A stretch of DNA of 64,000 nt from Vicinamibacteria bacterium (GCA_963668695.2 CAXXLQ010000004.1:2080001-2144000), one strand, 5' to 3'; numbered from the stretch's first letter, positions 10,792 through 20,743 are shown. Program-made: numbers and translations. Notes: generated from the letters alone by a model not told the origin.

Positions 10792-11999
10792 TGAACTGGA
10801 ACACCCGCTTTTCCGACGCCGCCACCCGGGTGGCCGGCGCCGACACCGTCGTCGGGATCCTGAAGCTCGCCGAACAGCCGGGGATCATCTCGCTCGCCGG
10901 CGGCATGCCCGACCGCGGGGTCTTCCAGCTCGAGGAGACCCGGGAGGCGATGGCGCGGGTCCTCAGGGATCACGCGCCGGAAGCGCTGAACTATTCACCG
11001 AACCCGGGGATCACCCCGCTCCGCGAGTTTCTCGCCGAGCGGATGGCCCGCATCGAGGACATCGTCTGCAGCCCGGAGGAGGTTCTCGTTTGCAGTGGTG
11101 GCCAGGAGGGGATCCGCCACTCCTTCAACGCGCTCGCGAATCCCGGTGACCCGGTGCTGGTCGAAGAGCCGACCTACATGGTCGCGCTGCAGGCCTGCCG
11201 CGAGCTCGGTGGGATTCCGACCGGAATCCCGAGCGACGCCGATGGAATCATTCCGGAGGCGCTCGACGAGACCGCGGTCCGCCTCGAGCGCGAGGGCCGT
11301 CCCGCCCGGATCCTCTACGTGGTCCCCACCTTCCAGAACCCGACGGGCCGCACCTGGAGCCTCGCGCGCCGTCGCGCGGTGCTGGCGGTCGCCGAGCGGC
11401 GGGACCTGGTGGTCGTCGAGGACCACGCCTACGGCGAGCTCCGCTACGACGGCGAGTGGCTGCCTTCGCTGAAGTCGCTCGCCCCCGAGCGGGTCATCTT
11501 CATCCACACCTTCTCGAAGATCTTCGGCCCCGGGCTCCGGCTCGGTTGGGTGGTGGCGGACCGAGGTCTCATCCAGCGCCTCGGCCTGCTGAAGCTCGGG
11601 ACCGACCAGTGTTCGGGCGCGCTGGTCCAGCGGCTCGCGCTCGCCTACGGCGAGGCCGGCGCGCTGGACACCCAGGTGGAACGGGCGCGCGGCCTCTACC
11701 GGAGGAAGCGCGACGCCATGCTCGCGGCGCTCGAGGATTTCCCGACGCGGGTCCCCTGGAGCCGTCCCGACGGGGGTTTTTTCCTCTGGGCGGAGATGGA
11801 CTGCGACACCGAGGCGCTGTTGCTGCGCGCCATCGAGCGCCACGGGGTGGCCTTCGTCGCCGGGAGCTGCTTCTTCGCCGACCCGGGCTCGGCGGCGGCC
11901 CGCGCTTCGCTCCGGCTCTCCTTCAGCTACGCCCCGGAGGACCGCATCCCCGAAGCCATCCGCCGCCTCGGCGACGCCGTCCGGGAGAGCGCCGCCTGA
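10791..11999 (+). CDS. PLP-dependent class I aminotransferase (LysN/2-aminoadipate transaminase-like)
   Basis: ISLAGGMPD, YVVPTFQNPTG, EDHAYGEL, TFSKIFGPGLRLGW, GGFFLW. Confidence 0.9.
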   Translation: MNWNTRFSDAATRVAGADTVVGILKLAEQPGIISLAGGMPDRGVFQLEETREAMARVLRDHAPEALNYSPNPGITPLREFLAERMARIEDIVCSPEEVLVCSGGQEGIRHSFNALANPGDPVLVEEPTYMVALQACRELGGIPTGIPSDADGIIPEALDETAVRLEREGRPARILYVVPTFQNPTGRTWSLARRRAVLAVAERRDLVVVEDHAYGELRYDGEWLPSLKSLAPERVIFIHTFSKIFGPGLRLGWVVADRGLIQRLGLLKLGTDQCSGALVQRLALAYGEAGALDTQVERARGLYRRKRDAMLAALEDFPTRVPWSRPDGGFFLWAEMDCDTEALLLRAIERHGVAFVAGSCFFADPGSAAARASLRLSFSYAPEDRIPEAIRRLGDAVRESAA

Positions 12000-12001
12000 A
12001 T

Positions 12002-12056
12002 CGCCGCTCGAGCCCCCACCGGGAGAACTGGGCCGCGTGACTTTGTCCACCGGCTG
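12002..12056 (+). repeat. Right-end fragment of the MITE family
   Basis: CCCCCACCGGGAGAACTGGGCCGCGTGACTTTGTCCACCGGCTG matches the end of 7192-7425. Confidence 0.7.
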
Positions 12057-12062
12057 CTGACC

Positions 12063-12614
12063 GTGCGCCGCCTCTTTGTCGTCTCCGGCCCCTCGGGAGT
12101 CGGCAAGTCCACGATCCTCCGCAAGCTCGTGGCCCGGGTTCCGGGGCTTTCCTTCGCGATCTCGCACACCACCCGCCCGCAGCGGGCGGGCGAGGTGGAC
12201 GGCCGGGACTACCACTTCGTCACCGCCGAGGAGTTCCAGCGTCTCGTGGACGAAGACGCCTTCGTGGAGTGGGCGTGGGTGCACCTCCACCGCTACGGCA
12301 CGAGCCGGAAGGCGCTCGAAGCGGGCGGGGAGGACGATCTCCTTATAGAAGTAGATGTGCAGGGCGCCGATGCGCTGCGGGTGCAGGTTCCCGACGCCGT
12401 CACCATCTTCATCCAGCCGCCCGTCTTCGAGGATCTCGAAACGCGCCTCACCGGACGGGGCCGCGAATCCGGCCCGGAGGTGGAAAAGCGCCTCCAGACC
12501 GCCACGGCGGAGATGCAGCGCGCGGCGTCTTACGACCACCGGGTCACGAACGACCGCGTGGACGACACCGTCGAGGAGCTGGCCGACCTCGTCCGGAGGG
12601 AACGCCGGCCCTGA
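12063..12614 (+). CDS. gmk: Guanylate kinase
   Basis: SGPSGVGKST, SHTTR..R.GEVDG.DYHFV, YGT, EVDVQGA. Confidence 0.96.
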   Translation: MRRLFVVSGPSGVGKSTILRKLVARVPGLSFAISHTTRPQRAGEVDGRDYHFVTAEEFQRLVDEDAFVEWAWVHLHRYGTSRKALEAGGEDDLLIEVDVQGADALRVQVPDAVTIFIQPPVFEDLETRLTGRGRESGPEVEKRLQTATAEMQRAASYDHRVTNDRVDDTVEELADLVRRERRP

Positions 12615-12757
12615 AACGGGCAGGGTGGCTCGCCGGTCAGGGAACGCCGTCCTCCGGCCGGCGCCGACCGCCGGGAGGCGGTCGAAACCGCGTACCGCTG
12701 TCTCGCGCAGTGGCCCACCGGGAAGGCGCCCGCGCAGCCCCGCCCGGCGGGCGGCGC

Positions 12758-13111
12758 TCAAACCCGCGGACGCGCCAGCCTCAGCAGTGCTCTCCGCTGG
12801 TGTTCCTGCCCGGCTAGGAACACCGCGAGAACGCGGACCAACCGCTCGTCTTCCCGGATCTCGTAGTAGAGGATCGAGCCGTCCCTCGTCAGGTTCCGGA
12901 CTCCAGCAAGCACATCGGCGCACGAGACACCCCGGTAAGGGAAGTCCCCGAGGGACTCCATCGTGTCCTCGATGCCGTGAATCCGATCGGCGGCCCGGTC
13001 CAGCGCTTCCCCCGCACTGTCCCCGAGCGAGCGATAGCTCTTGACCAGAAAGTCGAAGATCGCCTCGAGATCGCGGCCCGCATCCTCGGAGCGCTCAATC
13101 CGGTACGCCAA
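12758..13111 (-). CDS. ParE/RelE-family toxin
   Basis: Y...S..A..DL..I..F, L..FPYRG, IL.Y....VRVLAV; overlaps the upstream antitoxin. Confidence 0.8.
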   Translation of the reverse strand: MAYRIERSEDAGRDLEAIFDFLVKSYRSLGDSAGEALDRAADRIHGIEDTMESLGDFPYRGVSCADVLAGVRNLTRDGSILYYEIREDERLVRVLAVFLAGQEHQRRALLRLARPRV

Positions 13112-13370
13112 CGGCGGCCTTCTTCGCGGCGATCATGCGGGCGGTCCGTTCCCGTCCTTCGGCGAGTCCGATGAAGCGGCCGTGTCGGCGCTCCTCCAGA
13201 AGCGCTCGCAGCGCGGCCAATTCGGCTTCGCGCGCCTCGGTGCCTTCCCGCAGCAGGTCCAGGCCGCGCTGCAGCACCGCGCTGAGGCTCGGATAGCTGC
13301 CCTTGGCTACCAGCGAGCGGGCGTAGGAATCCTGAGTGTCAGTCAAGGAAATCGATGTCTTGACGGTCAT
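13095..13370 (-). CDS. ParD-like ribbon-helix-helix antitoxin
   Basis: MTVKTSISLTD...ARSLV..G.Y.S.SAV.Q.GL.LLR; small palindrome CTACT-C-AGTAG upstream (about 13396-13406). Confidence 0.8.
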   Translation of the reverse strand: MTVKTSISLTDTQDSYARSLVAKGSYPSLSAVLQRGLDLLREGTEAREAELAALRALLEERRHGRFIGLAEGRERTARMIAAKKAAVGVPD

Positions 13371-13439
13371 GGATGGCGCCTCCGCAAAAATCATACTACT
13401 CAGTAGCACCCTCGCCCCCGAGCGCGTCATCTTCATCCA

Positions 13440-14890
13440 CTCCACGCTGAAGCCGCCCAGCTCCACGCTGTAGCGGGATCTGCCGGGGCCAGCTCCACGC
13501 TGGAGCCGCCCAGCTCCACGCTGTAGCGGGATCTGCCGGGGCCAGCTCCACGCTGTAGCCGCGGAACTCCACGCTGTAGGGGGATCTGTTGGCCTGAACT
13601 CCACGCTGTAGCCGCGGAACTCCACGCTGGAGGGGGATCTGTTGGCGTGAACTCCACGCTGTAGCCGCGGAACTCCACGCTGGAGGGGGATCTGTTGGCG
13701 TGAACTCCACGCTGTAGCCGCGGAACTCCACGCTGGAGGGGGGTCTGCCGGCGTGAACTCCACGCTGGTAGCCGCGGAACTCCACGCTGTAGCGGGGTCT
13801 GCTGGCGGAACTCCACGCTGGTGCCGCGGAACTCCACGCTGTGGCGGGGTCTGCGCGCTGTAGCCGCTGTAGCGGCGGAACTCCACGCTGTAGCGGGGTC
13901 TGCTGGCGTGAACTCCACGCTGTAGCCGCGGAACTCCACGCTGTAGCGGGATCTGTCGGCGTGAACTCCACGCTGTAGCCGCGGAACTCCACGCTGGAGG
14001 GGGGTCTGCCGGCGTGAACTCCACGCTGTAGCCGCGGAACTCCACGCTGTAGCGGGGTCTGCTGGCGTGAACTCCACGCTGTAGCCGCGGAACTCCACGC
14101 TGTGGCGGGGTCTGCTGCTGGCGGGAACTCCACGCTGAACTCCACGCTGTACTCCACGCTGTGGCGGGGTCTGCGGCGTGAACTCCACGCTGTAGCCGCG
14201 GAACTCCACGCTGTAGGCGGGAACTCTGTAGGCGGGCGGGGCTGCTGGCGGGAACTCCACGCTGTAGGCGCGGAACTCCACGCTGTGGCGGGGTCTGCTG
14301 GCGGGAACTCCACGCTGTAGGCGCGGAACTCCACGCTGGAGCCGCGGTACTCCACGCTCTGGCGGGGCTGGTCTGGCGTGAACTCCACGCTGTAGCCGCG
14401 GAACTCCACGCTGTGGCGGGGTCTGCTGGCGGGAACTCCACGCTGTAGGCGCGGAACTCCACGCTGTGGCGGGATCTGTTGGCGTGAACTCCACGCTGTA
14501 GGCGCGGAACTCCACGCTGTGGCGGGGTCTGCTGGTGGGAACTCCACGCTGGAGGGGGTGGAACTCCACGCTGTGACTCCACGCTGTGGCGGGATCTGCT
14601 GGCGTGAACTCCACGCTCCACGCGCGGAACTCCACGCTGGAGGGGTTCGGCGGATGGGAACTCCACGCTGTAGCCGCGGGACTCCACGGGCGGGGTCTGC
14701 TGGTGGGAACTCCACGCTGGGAGCCGCGAAGCTCCACGCTGGAGGGGTTCGGCGGATGGGAACTCCACGCTGTGGCGGGATCTGTTGGGTGGAACTCCAC
14801 GCTGGGGCCGCGAAGCTCCACGCTGTAGCGGGGTGCGCTGGTGGGGACTCCACGCTGGAGCTCCGCCGGCGGCCGGGAACTCCACGCTGG
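13440..14890. repeat. Satellite array of about 55 (AA)CTCCACGCTG cores, mostly with alternating 21- and 32-bp periods
   Basis: Hand count of about 55 CTCCACG cores; linkers are TAGCCGCGG (9 nt) and TAGCGGGGTCTGCTGGCGTG-like (20 nt). Confidence 0.95.
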
Positions 14891-14980
14891 AGCGCGTTGC
14901 GCTGTCCCTACGCGCGCTTCACGCACGGCAGCCGTACGCGGTCAGCGGTTCTACCGATGTACTCCATTTATACTCACCCC

Positions 14981-15238
14981 ATGAGTACTCGCCTCCAGGT
15001 CCTCATGGACCCCGTGGAACTGGAGAGCTACCGCAAGACCGCCCGGCGCGAAGGCCTCCGGCTCTCGGAGTGGGTGCGGCTGCGCCTGCGCCAGGCGCAG
15101 CGGGACGCGCCGGTACGGAAGGCGGAGAAAAAGCTCCGCGCCATCGCGGTCGCTACTTCCTACTCCTTCCCGACCGCCGACATTGACCGGATGCTCGACG
15201 AGATCGACGCGGGGCGGAATGCGGGGAATGCGGAATGA
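14981..15238 (+). CDS. VapB-like antitoxin
   Basis: MSTRLQVLMD..EL......ARREG...SEWVR..LR...FPTADID.ML.EI; palindrome TACTCA-N5-TGAGTA over the start (14971-14987). Confidence 0.78.
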   Translation: MSTRLQVLMDPVELESYRKTARREGLRLSEWVRLRLRQAQRDAPVRKAEKKLRAIAVATSYSFPTADIDRMLDEIDAGRNAGNAE

Positions 15239-15633
15239 CGTTCGTGGACTCCACTGTCCCGATGTACCTGGTCGGGAGTCCTCATCCGCTGCGGGACGAA
15301 GCGCGCCGGGCCCTGGAGGCCCTCGTGATCGCCGGGGAGAAGCTGGTGACGAGCGCCGAAGTGCTGCAGGAGATCCTCCACCGCTACACGGCCATCCGCC
15401 GCCTGGACGCAATCCACCCCGCTTTCTCCGTCCTGCTGGACCTGGTGGACGAGGTGTTCCCCGTCACCGTGGAGGACGCCCTCCGGGCTCGTGAAGTCCT
15501 GTTCTCGATCCCCTCGGTCTCTTCCCGTCACGCCTTGCACATCGCCGTGATGGACCGGCGCAAGGTGTCCCGCATCCTGTCATTCGATCGCGGTTTCGAC
15601 CGCGCCCCGGGGTTCCGCCGCCTCCCGGCGTAG
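15235..15633 (+). CDS. VapC PIN-domain toxin
   Basis: FVDSTVPMY, TSAEVLQEI, ALH.A.M, ILSFD.GFD acidic PIN pattern. Confidence 0.88.
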   Translation: MTFVDSTVPMYLVGSPHPLRDEARRALEALVIAGEKLVTSAEVLQEILHRYTAIRRLDAIHPAFSVLLDLVDEVFPVTVEDALRAREVLFSIPSVSSRHALHIAVMDRRKVSRILSFDRGFDRAPGFRRLPA

Positions 15634-15711
15634 GCACCGCACCGAGGTCCACGAACACCGACCTCCCACCCACTCCGGCAGGGGTAGCGCCGAAGGGCCG
15701 CGACCTTCAGC

Positions 15712-15782
15712 CCGACTTGTCCACAAGCCGGCTACCGGGTGAGAAGGATTTGCCTGGATCTTCGTCTGTACGCGGTGGAGGA
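15712..15782 (+). promoter_or_regulatory. Conserved upstream motif plus RBS of the coiled-coil family
   Basis: CCGACTTGTCCACA...AGAAG-N16-CGTCTGTA...GGAGGA. Confidence 0.6.
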
Positions 15783-15789
15783 CTTCGCC

Positions 15790-16209
15790 GTGAACGAGAC
15801 GACCGAGCACCCACCGACTCCGGCCTCTTCGCCGCCGGGACGAACGGACCGCTCCTATACTCCATCACGTGCTGAGCAGGGGGGAGCGATGACGAGCCGC
15901 GGAGCGGGACATTTGGCTGGTCGTCCCGAGCGTTCCCGCGAACCGCTGACCCGGGCGGAGCGAATTCTCATCGGCATGTTCGCTGCGCTCCTTGGGAGCG
16001 GCGTGGTCGGGTTCACGGCGATCAACGGGCAGCTCGTCGGCATACAGAGACAGATCGGTGACCTCCGCGCCGAAATGCACCAGGAGATCGGGGGCCTCCG
16101 TGCGGAAATGCACCGCGAGATCCGCGGACTGAGCGTGGAGATCGGCAAGCTGTCGGACCGGGTCGCCCGGGTCGAAACACGGCTCCCGAGCGGCCCGTCC
16201 GGTTCGTAG
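15790..16209 (+). CDS. Small TM plus coiled-coil family protein
   Basis: SREPLTRAERILIGMFAALLGSGVVGF...IGDLRAEMHQE repeats...RVARVETRL; alternative start ATG 15889. Confidence 0.78.
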   Translation: MNETTEHPPTPASSPPGRTDRSYTPSRAEQGGAMTSRGAGHLAGRPERSREPLTRAERILIGMFAALLGSGVVGFTAINGQLVGIQRQIGDLRAEMHQEIGGLRAEMHREIRGLSVEIGKLSDRVARVETRLPSGPSGS

Positions 16210-16438
16210 TCCGGACCGCGCTGCGCGCTCACGCACGGCGCGCTCACGCGGGTCGGCGCTCACACGGCCCTCCGGAGGACGACGCCGATCCAAACCGGCG
16301 CTCCAACGCCACCGTTTCCTGAAGCGATGGATCACAGAGTGCCAGGCTGAATCGGCGAAGCCACTGGCACTACCACCGGCGAAGCCACCGGCACTACCAC
16401 CGGCAGTATTCGGTCCCGCTCCGTTCCGCGTACACCCC

Positions 16439-17590
16439 ATGAACCCAGACGTGCAGCGTCCCTCAACGCGCATATCGCGAGTCGCGATCCAGGGGTTCCG
16501 TTCGCTTCAGGATGTGTGCATCGAAGACCTCCCGGGGGTGACGGTCTTGATCGGCGCGAACGGCTCCGGGAAGTCGAACCTGATCCGCTTCTTCGAGATG
16601 TTGAGCTGGATGTTGAAATCACGGCGACTCGCCGGGTTCGTCGGCATGCATGGCGGAGGCAGCGACCAACTCTTCGGGGGTAGCGAAACCACCCCCGGAA
16701 TGCGGGCCGATCTGCGGATCGAGACGGACCAAGGGTCCAACGACTACCGGTTCGTTCTCGAGTATGCCCAGCCGGACCGTCTCATCTTTACGGAGGAGGC
16801 GTTCCGCTTCAGCCGGCGCGGCGGGCCGACCGAGGCCCCTTGGCAGTTCCTTCCCGTCGGAGACCCCGAGTCCGGAATCGTCGAAGTCGCGAATTCCGCC
16901 AGAGCGGCCAGCGTCAACGTGACGACGGCGCGGACCATCGTCCATCTTCTTCGCGACTGTGCGCCTTACCAGTTCCACAACACTTCGGCCACCTCCTCGC
17001 TCAGAAAGAAGTGGGATGTCCACGACAACGCGTACCTCCGCAGCGACGGGGGGAACCTGGCCGCCGTCCTCCATCGCCTGCGGGACGAGGATCTGCGGCG
17101 GTATGAGTACATCTGCCGCCAGATTGCCCGCGTTCTGCCCGTCTTCGAGGCATTCGACATCGAGGAGGACTACGGGAGGGTCCTTCTTCGCTGGCGCGCC
17201 AGCGACACCGGCCAGACGATTGGCGCCCATCTGACCTCGGACGGCGCCCTCCGCTTCTTTGCGCTGGCGACTCTTCTGAATCTCCCGCCGGAGGCGCTGC
17301 CGGCCGTGATGCTGTTGGACGAACCGGAACTCGGGCTGCATCCGTCGGCGGTGGACCTGGTGGCGCGGATGATTCGAGCGCTGGGCGCGGATCGACAGGT
17401 GATCGTGGCGACGCAGTCACCCCTCCTGGTGGACGCTTTTGAGCTCGATAGCGTGGTTGTCGTCGAGACGGACGGCTCCCGGAGCCTCCTGAAGACTCTG
17501 CCTACCGGGGACCCGGTTTGGCAGGAATGGCTGGAGGAGTACAGCGTCGGACAACTCTGGGAAAAGAACCTGCTCGGCGGACGCCCGTGA
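16439..17590 (+). CDS. AAA_21/ABC-type ATPase
   Basis: IQGFRS, GANGSGKSN (Walker A), SDG.LRF signature, LLDEPELGLHP (Walker B), ATQSP. Confidence 0.9.
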   Translation: MNPDVQRPSTRISRVAIQGFRSLQDVCIEDLPGVTVLIGANGSGKSNLIRFFEMLSWMLKSRRLAGFVGMHGGGSDQLFGGSETTPGMRADLRIETDQGSNDYRFVLEYAQPDRLIFTEEAFRFSRRGGPTEAPWQFLPVGDPESGIVEVANSARAASVNVTTARTIVHLLRDCAPYQFHNTSATSSLRKKWDVHDNAYLRSDGGNLAAVLHRLRDEDLRRYEYICRQIARVLPVFEAFDIEEDYGRVLLRWRASDTGQTIGAHLTSDGALRFFALATLLNLPPEALPAVMLLDEPELGLHPSAVDLVARMIRALGADRQVIVATQSPLLVDAFELDSVVVVETDGSRSLLKTLPTGDPVWQEWLEEYSVGQLWEKNLLGGRP

Positions 17591-18244
17591 TTCGCGTGGG
17601 CATCGCCGTCGAGGGCCCTACGGAAGAAGATTTCGTCAAGAAGGTTCTTGCGAACCATCTCGCATCCTTTGGTGTGTGGCCGCATCCGACTCTTCCCGGC
17701 CGCCGCGGCGGGAACATTTCCGTCCAGCGCCTTGCATCCGGCATGCGTGAACTCCTGCGCGGCTTCGACGCCGTGACTTCGCTGGTTGACTACTACGGCT
17801 TCAAGAAAAAGGAGAACAAGACGCCGGACGAGCTGCAATCCATGATCCTTTGCCAGTTGAATTGACCAGTTGAACCGGACGGTCACCCGGCCGGTATCAA
17901 CGGGCCGTGTCTTCCCCTATGTGCAGCGCCACGAGTTCGAGGCGCTGCTCTTTTCCGACGTGGAGCGTTTCCGTTGCATACCGCGCGTTTCCGAGACATG
18001 TCTGGAGGGGCTCGTCGAAGTGCGCGGACAGTTTGCTACCCCCGAGGATATTGACGACGGGTCCGAGACAGCCCCGAGCAAGCGGCTCTTTCAGTGGATC
18101 CCCGGCTACGACAAGCGGGTCCACGGGCCTTTGGTGGCGGAGGAGATCGGCATGGGCCGCATCCGCTCCGAGTGCCCTCGATTTGGGGCCTGGCTGAAGA
18201 GACTCGAATCCTTGCCCGCCGTGCTGCGCCCCGAGACTTCCTGA
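17587..18244 (+). pseudogene. DUF4276-family (TOPRIM-like) protein broken by a 13-bp duplication
   Basis: VEGPTEEDFV..VL, LVDYYGF, PYVQ.HEFEALLFSD, PE.I.DG.ETAPSKR, CP.F..W; frame break at 17853-17865. Confidence 0.8.
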
Positions 18245-18454
18245 AACGCGGACGCCGGGGGACCGACAAACCCGGGGGTGCCAGTCTGAAGACTGGCGTT
18301 CCCGGGCTGCGCGTCCTCCGCACGGATTATCTGTACGCGGTTTCGCGGCCCTCTCGGGCTGTGCCGGTCGGAGACTGGCGCTCCGCTGTCGCGCGGCATC
18401 GCGTTGGTTGGGGGTACGGGCGCGCTTCTTCCGGGTTCCACCTAAGATGAGGGG

Positions 18455-19942
18455 GTGGAGAAGAAGGTCGTTCTCGGGGTTACCGGGTGCATCGGGGCCT
18501 ACAAGGCTCCGGACCTGGTGCGCGCCCTCAAAAAGCGCGGGCTCCGGGTTCAGGTCATCCTGACCCGCGCCGCCCGCGAGTTCGTCTCCCCGCTCGCGCT
18601 CGCCACCGTCTCCGGCGAACCCGTCCTCGAACACCTCTTTGCCGACCCGGGCCCCGGCACGGGCCCCGACTCCCCCCCCGACTCCCCCCCCGGACAAACC
18701 CAAGGAGCCGGACCCGACCCCACCGGCGGCATCCGCCACATCTCGCTCACCGAGGAGACCGACGTCTTCGTGGTGGCCCCCGCCACCGCCCACGTCATCG
18801 CCCGGATGGCGCTCGGCCTCGCCGACGACTTCCTCACCACCTTCCACCTCGCGGTCCGGGCCCCGACCCTCATCGCGCCCGCGATGAACACCAACATGCT
18901 GGACCACCCGGCGACCCAGGGCCACCTCAATACCCTCCGCGAACGGGGTGCGACCATCATCGCGCCCGGGGAAGGGGAGCTGGCCTGCGGCTGGCTCGGC
19001 CCCGGACGGCTCGCCGAGATCCCCGACATCGTCGCGGCGGTCGAGCGCGCCCTCGGCGCCCCCGACACCGCCACACCACCCCCGACCCCGCCCCCGACAC
19101 CGCCAACACCGCCCCCGACACCGCCAACACCACCCCGGACACCCCCCCCGACGGCACCGCCAACACCACCCCCCCCGCCGACCCCCGCCAACACCGCCCC
19201 CGCCAACACCGCCCCCCCGGCCACCGCCCACAAAAACCTGACCGCCAGAAACATCGTGATCGCCGCCGGCCCCACCCGCGAGCCGCTCGACCCGGTGCGC
19301 TACCTGACGAACCGCTCCTCCGGCCGGATGGGCGCGGAGCTCGCGGCGGCCGCCGCGGCCCGGGGCGCCAAAGTCACCCTCATCCTCGGCCCCACGGATC
19401 TCGAGCCCAGAAACGGTGCCCACATCGTCCGGGTCGAAACCGCCGTCGAGATGCGGGATGCCGCTTTCGCCGCCGCCGCCACCGCCGACGCGGTGATCAT
19501 GGCGGCCGCCGTCGCCGACTTCCGCCCCGCATTCCACTCGGACACCAAGATCAAGTCCGCCGGCCTCCGCAACCGCGCTGCCGCCGGCTCCATCCCCCTC
19601 GTCCGGAACCCCGACATCCTCGCCGAGCTCGGCGCGGCCCGCGCCGATAACCCCGCCGCCGGCCCCGCGGTGCTCGTCGGGTTCGCCGCCGAGACCGGCG
19701 ACCCCGTAGCCGAGGCGCGAAGAAAACTGCGCACCAAGCAGTGCGATCTGGTCGTCGGAAACCAGGTGGGGCGGGGCCGGGTCTTCGGCCTCGACCAAAC
19801 CCAGGCGGTGCTCGTCGAGCGCCCGGTTGGCGCTTCTGCCGGAGACTCTCCGCGGGTCAGCCGCCGGAAACCCGAATCGAAGCGCTCGCTCGCGGAGGCC
19901 GTCTGCGACGTTGTCGCCCGCCGCCTCGCATCCGGCGCGTGA
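18455..19942 (+). CDS. coaBC: Bifunctional phosphopantothenoylcysteine decarboxylase/synthetase
   Basis: GVTG.I.AYK, APATA, APAMNTNM, LACG..G.GR, GPTRE.LDPVRYLTNRSSGRMG, AAVADF, VGFAAET. Confidence 0.96.
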   Translation: MEKKVVLGVTGCIGAYKAPDLVRALKKRGLRVQVILTRAAREFVSPLALATVSGEPVLEHLFADPGPGTGPDSPPDSPPGQTQGAGPDPTGGIRHISLTEETDVFVVAPATAHVIARMALGLADDFLTTFHLAVRAPTLIAPAMNTNMLDHPATQGHLNTLRERGATIIAPGEGELACGWLGPGRLAEIPDIVAAVERALGAPDTATPPPTPPPTPPTPPPTPPTPPRTPPPTAPPTPPPPPTPANTAPANTAPPATAHKNLTARNIVIAAGPTREPLDPVRYLTNRSSGRMGAELAAAAAARGAKVTLILGPTDLEPRNGAHIVRVETAVEMRDAAFAAAATADAVIMAAAVADFRPAFHSDTKIKSAGLRNRAAAGSIPLVRNPDILAELGAARADNPAAGPAVLVGFAAETGDPVAEARRKLRTKQCDLVVGNQVGRGRVFGLDQTQAVLVERPVGASAGDSPRVSRRKPESKRSLAEAVCDVVARRLASGA

Positions 19943-20020
19943 CAGCCGCGGGGAACGGAACCTGCGCCCCAACTGAACCCCCAACTGAACCCCCCCCCTC
20001 CTGAACCCTCCTGAACGCTC

Positions 20021-20743
20021 ATGCCGGGACCAGACAGAACCGCACCAGCAGGCGACCTCCGCGCCCAGCTCGCCGCCCGCCTGCGCCTGCTCCGGAGCTT
20101 CACCGACTTCCTTCCCACCGATTCGGGGTCGAAGCCGCAAGCCGCCGCGCCCCGCCCGCCCCCCGCCGAAACGCTCGACGCGATCTGGGCGGACCTCGAC
20201 GGCTGCACCCGCTGCCGCCTCTCGGAAAAGCGGCAGAGCATCGTGTTCGGCGTCGGCCGGCCGGACGCCGAGATCATGTTCATCGGCGAAGGCCCCGGCG
20301 GTGAAGAGGACCGCCAGGGCGAACCCTTCGTGGGCCCCGCCGGCGAGCAGCTCAACGAGATGATCGAGAAGTGCTTCCGCCGCCGCCGGTCCGACGTCTA
20401 CATCGCGAACATCGTGAAGTGCCGCCCCCCCGACAACCGGAACCCGTACGCCGACGAGGTCGCGACCTGCCTCCCGTTCCTGGAGCGGCAGATCGCCTCG
20501 ATCCGCCCCCGCGTCATCTGCCTGCTCGGGAGCGTCGCGGTGAAGGCGCTCTTCCCCGGTGTCAAGGGCATCACGGCGGCCCGCGGCACGGTGTACGAGT
20601 TCGCCGGGATCCCGGTGGTGCCGACCTTCCACCCCGCCTACCTGCTCCGCGCCGAGGGGGAGCGGCTTCAGGAACTGAAGCGCCAGGTCCTCGACGACTC
20701 CCGCATCGCCCTTGAGATCCTGGAGCGGTCGGCGGGGACCTAG
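20021..20743 (+). CDS. Uracil-DNA glycosylase family 4 (Fe-S)
   Basis: C..C.L, GEGPG..ED..G.PFVG.AG, NIVKCRPP.NR.P, TFHPAYLLR. Confidence 0.93.
   Translation: MPGPDRTAPAGDLRAQLAARLRLLRSFTDFLPTDSGSKPQAAAPRPPPAETLDAIWADLDGCTRCRLSEKRQSIVFGVGRPDAEIMFIGEGPGGEEDRQGEPFVGPAGEQLNEMIEKCFRRRRSDVYIANIVKCRPPDNRNPYADEVATCLPFLERQIASIRPRVICLLGSVAVKALFPGVKGITAARGTVYEFAGIPVVPTFHPAYLLRAEGERLQELKRQVLDDSRIALEILERSAGT

Noticed and set aside
13440-14890. CRISPR or TIGR-type guide array
   Set aside because: The core is only 10-12 bp, linkers are variants of two recurring sequences rather than unique spacers, and no cas or Nop-domain gene is recognisable nearby
13095-14926. Three long minus-strand ORFs (485-596 aa) across the satellite
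   Set aside because: All three frames are open because the repeat lacks stops on that strand, and the 32-bp unit shifts frame. Only 13095-13370 looks like a real gene.
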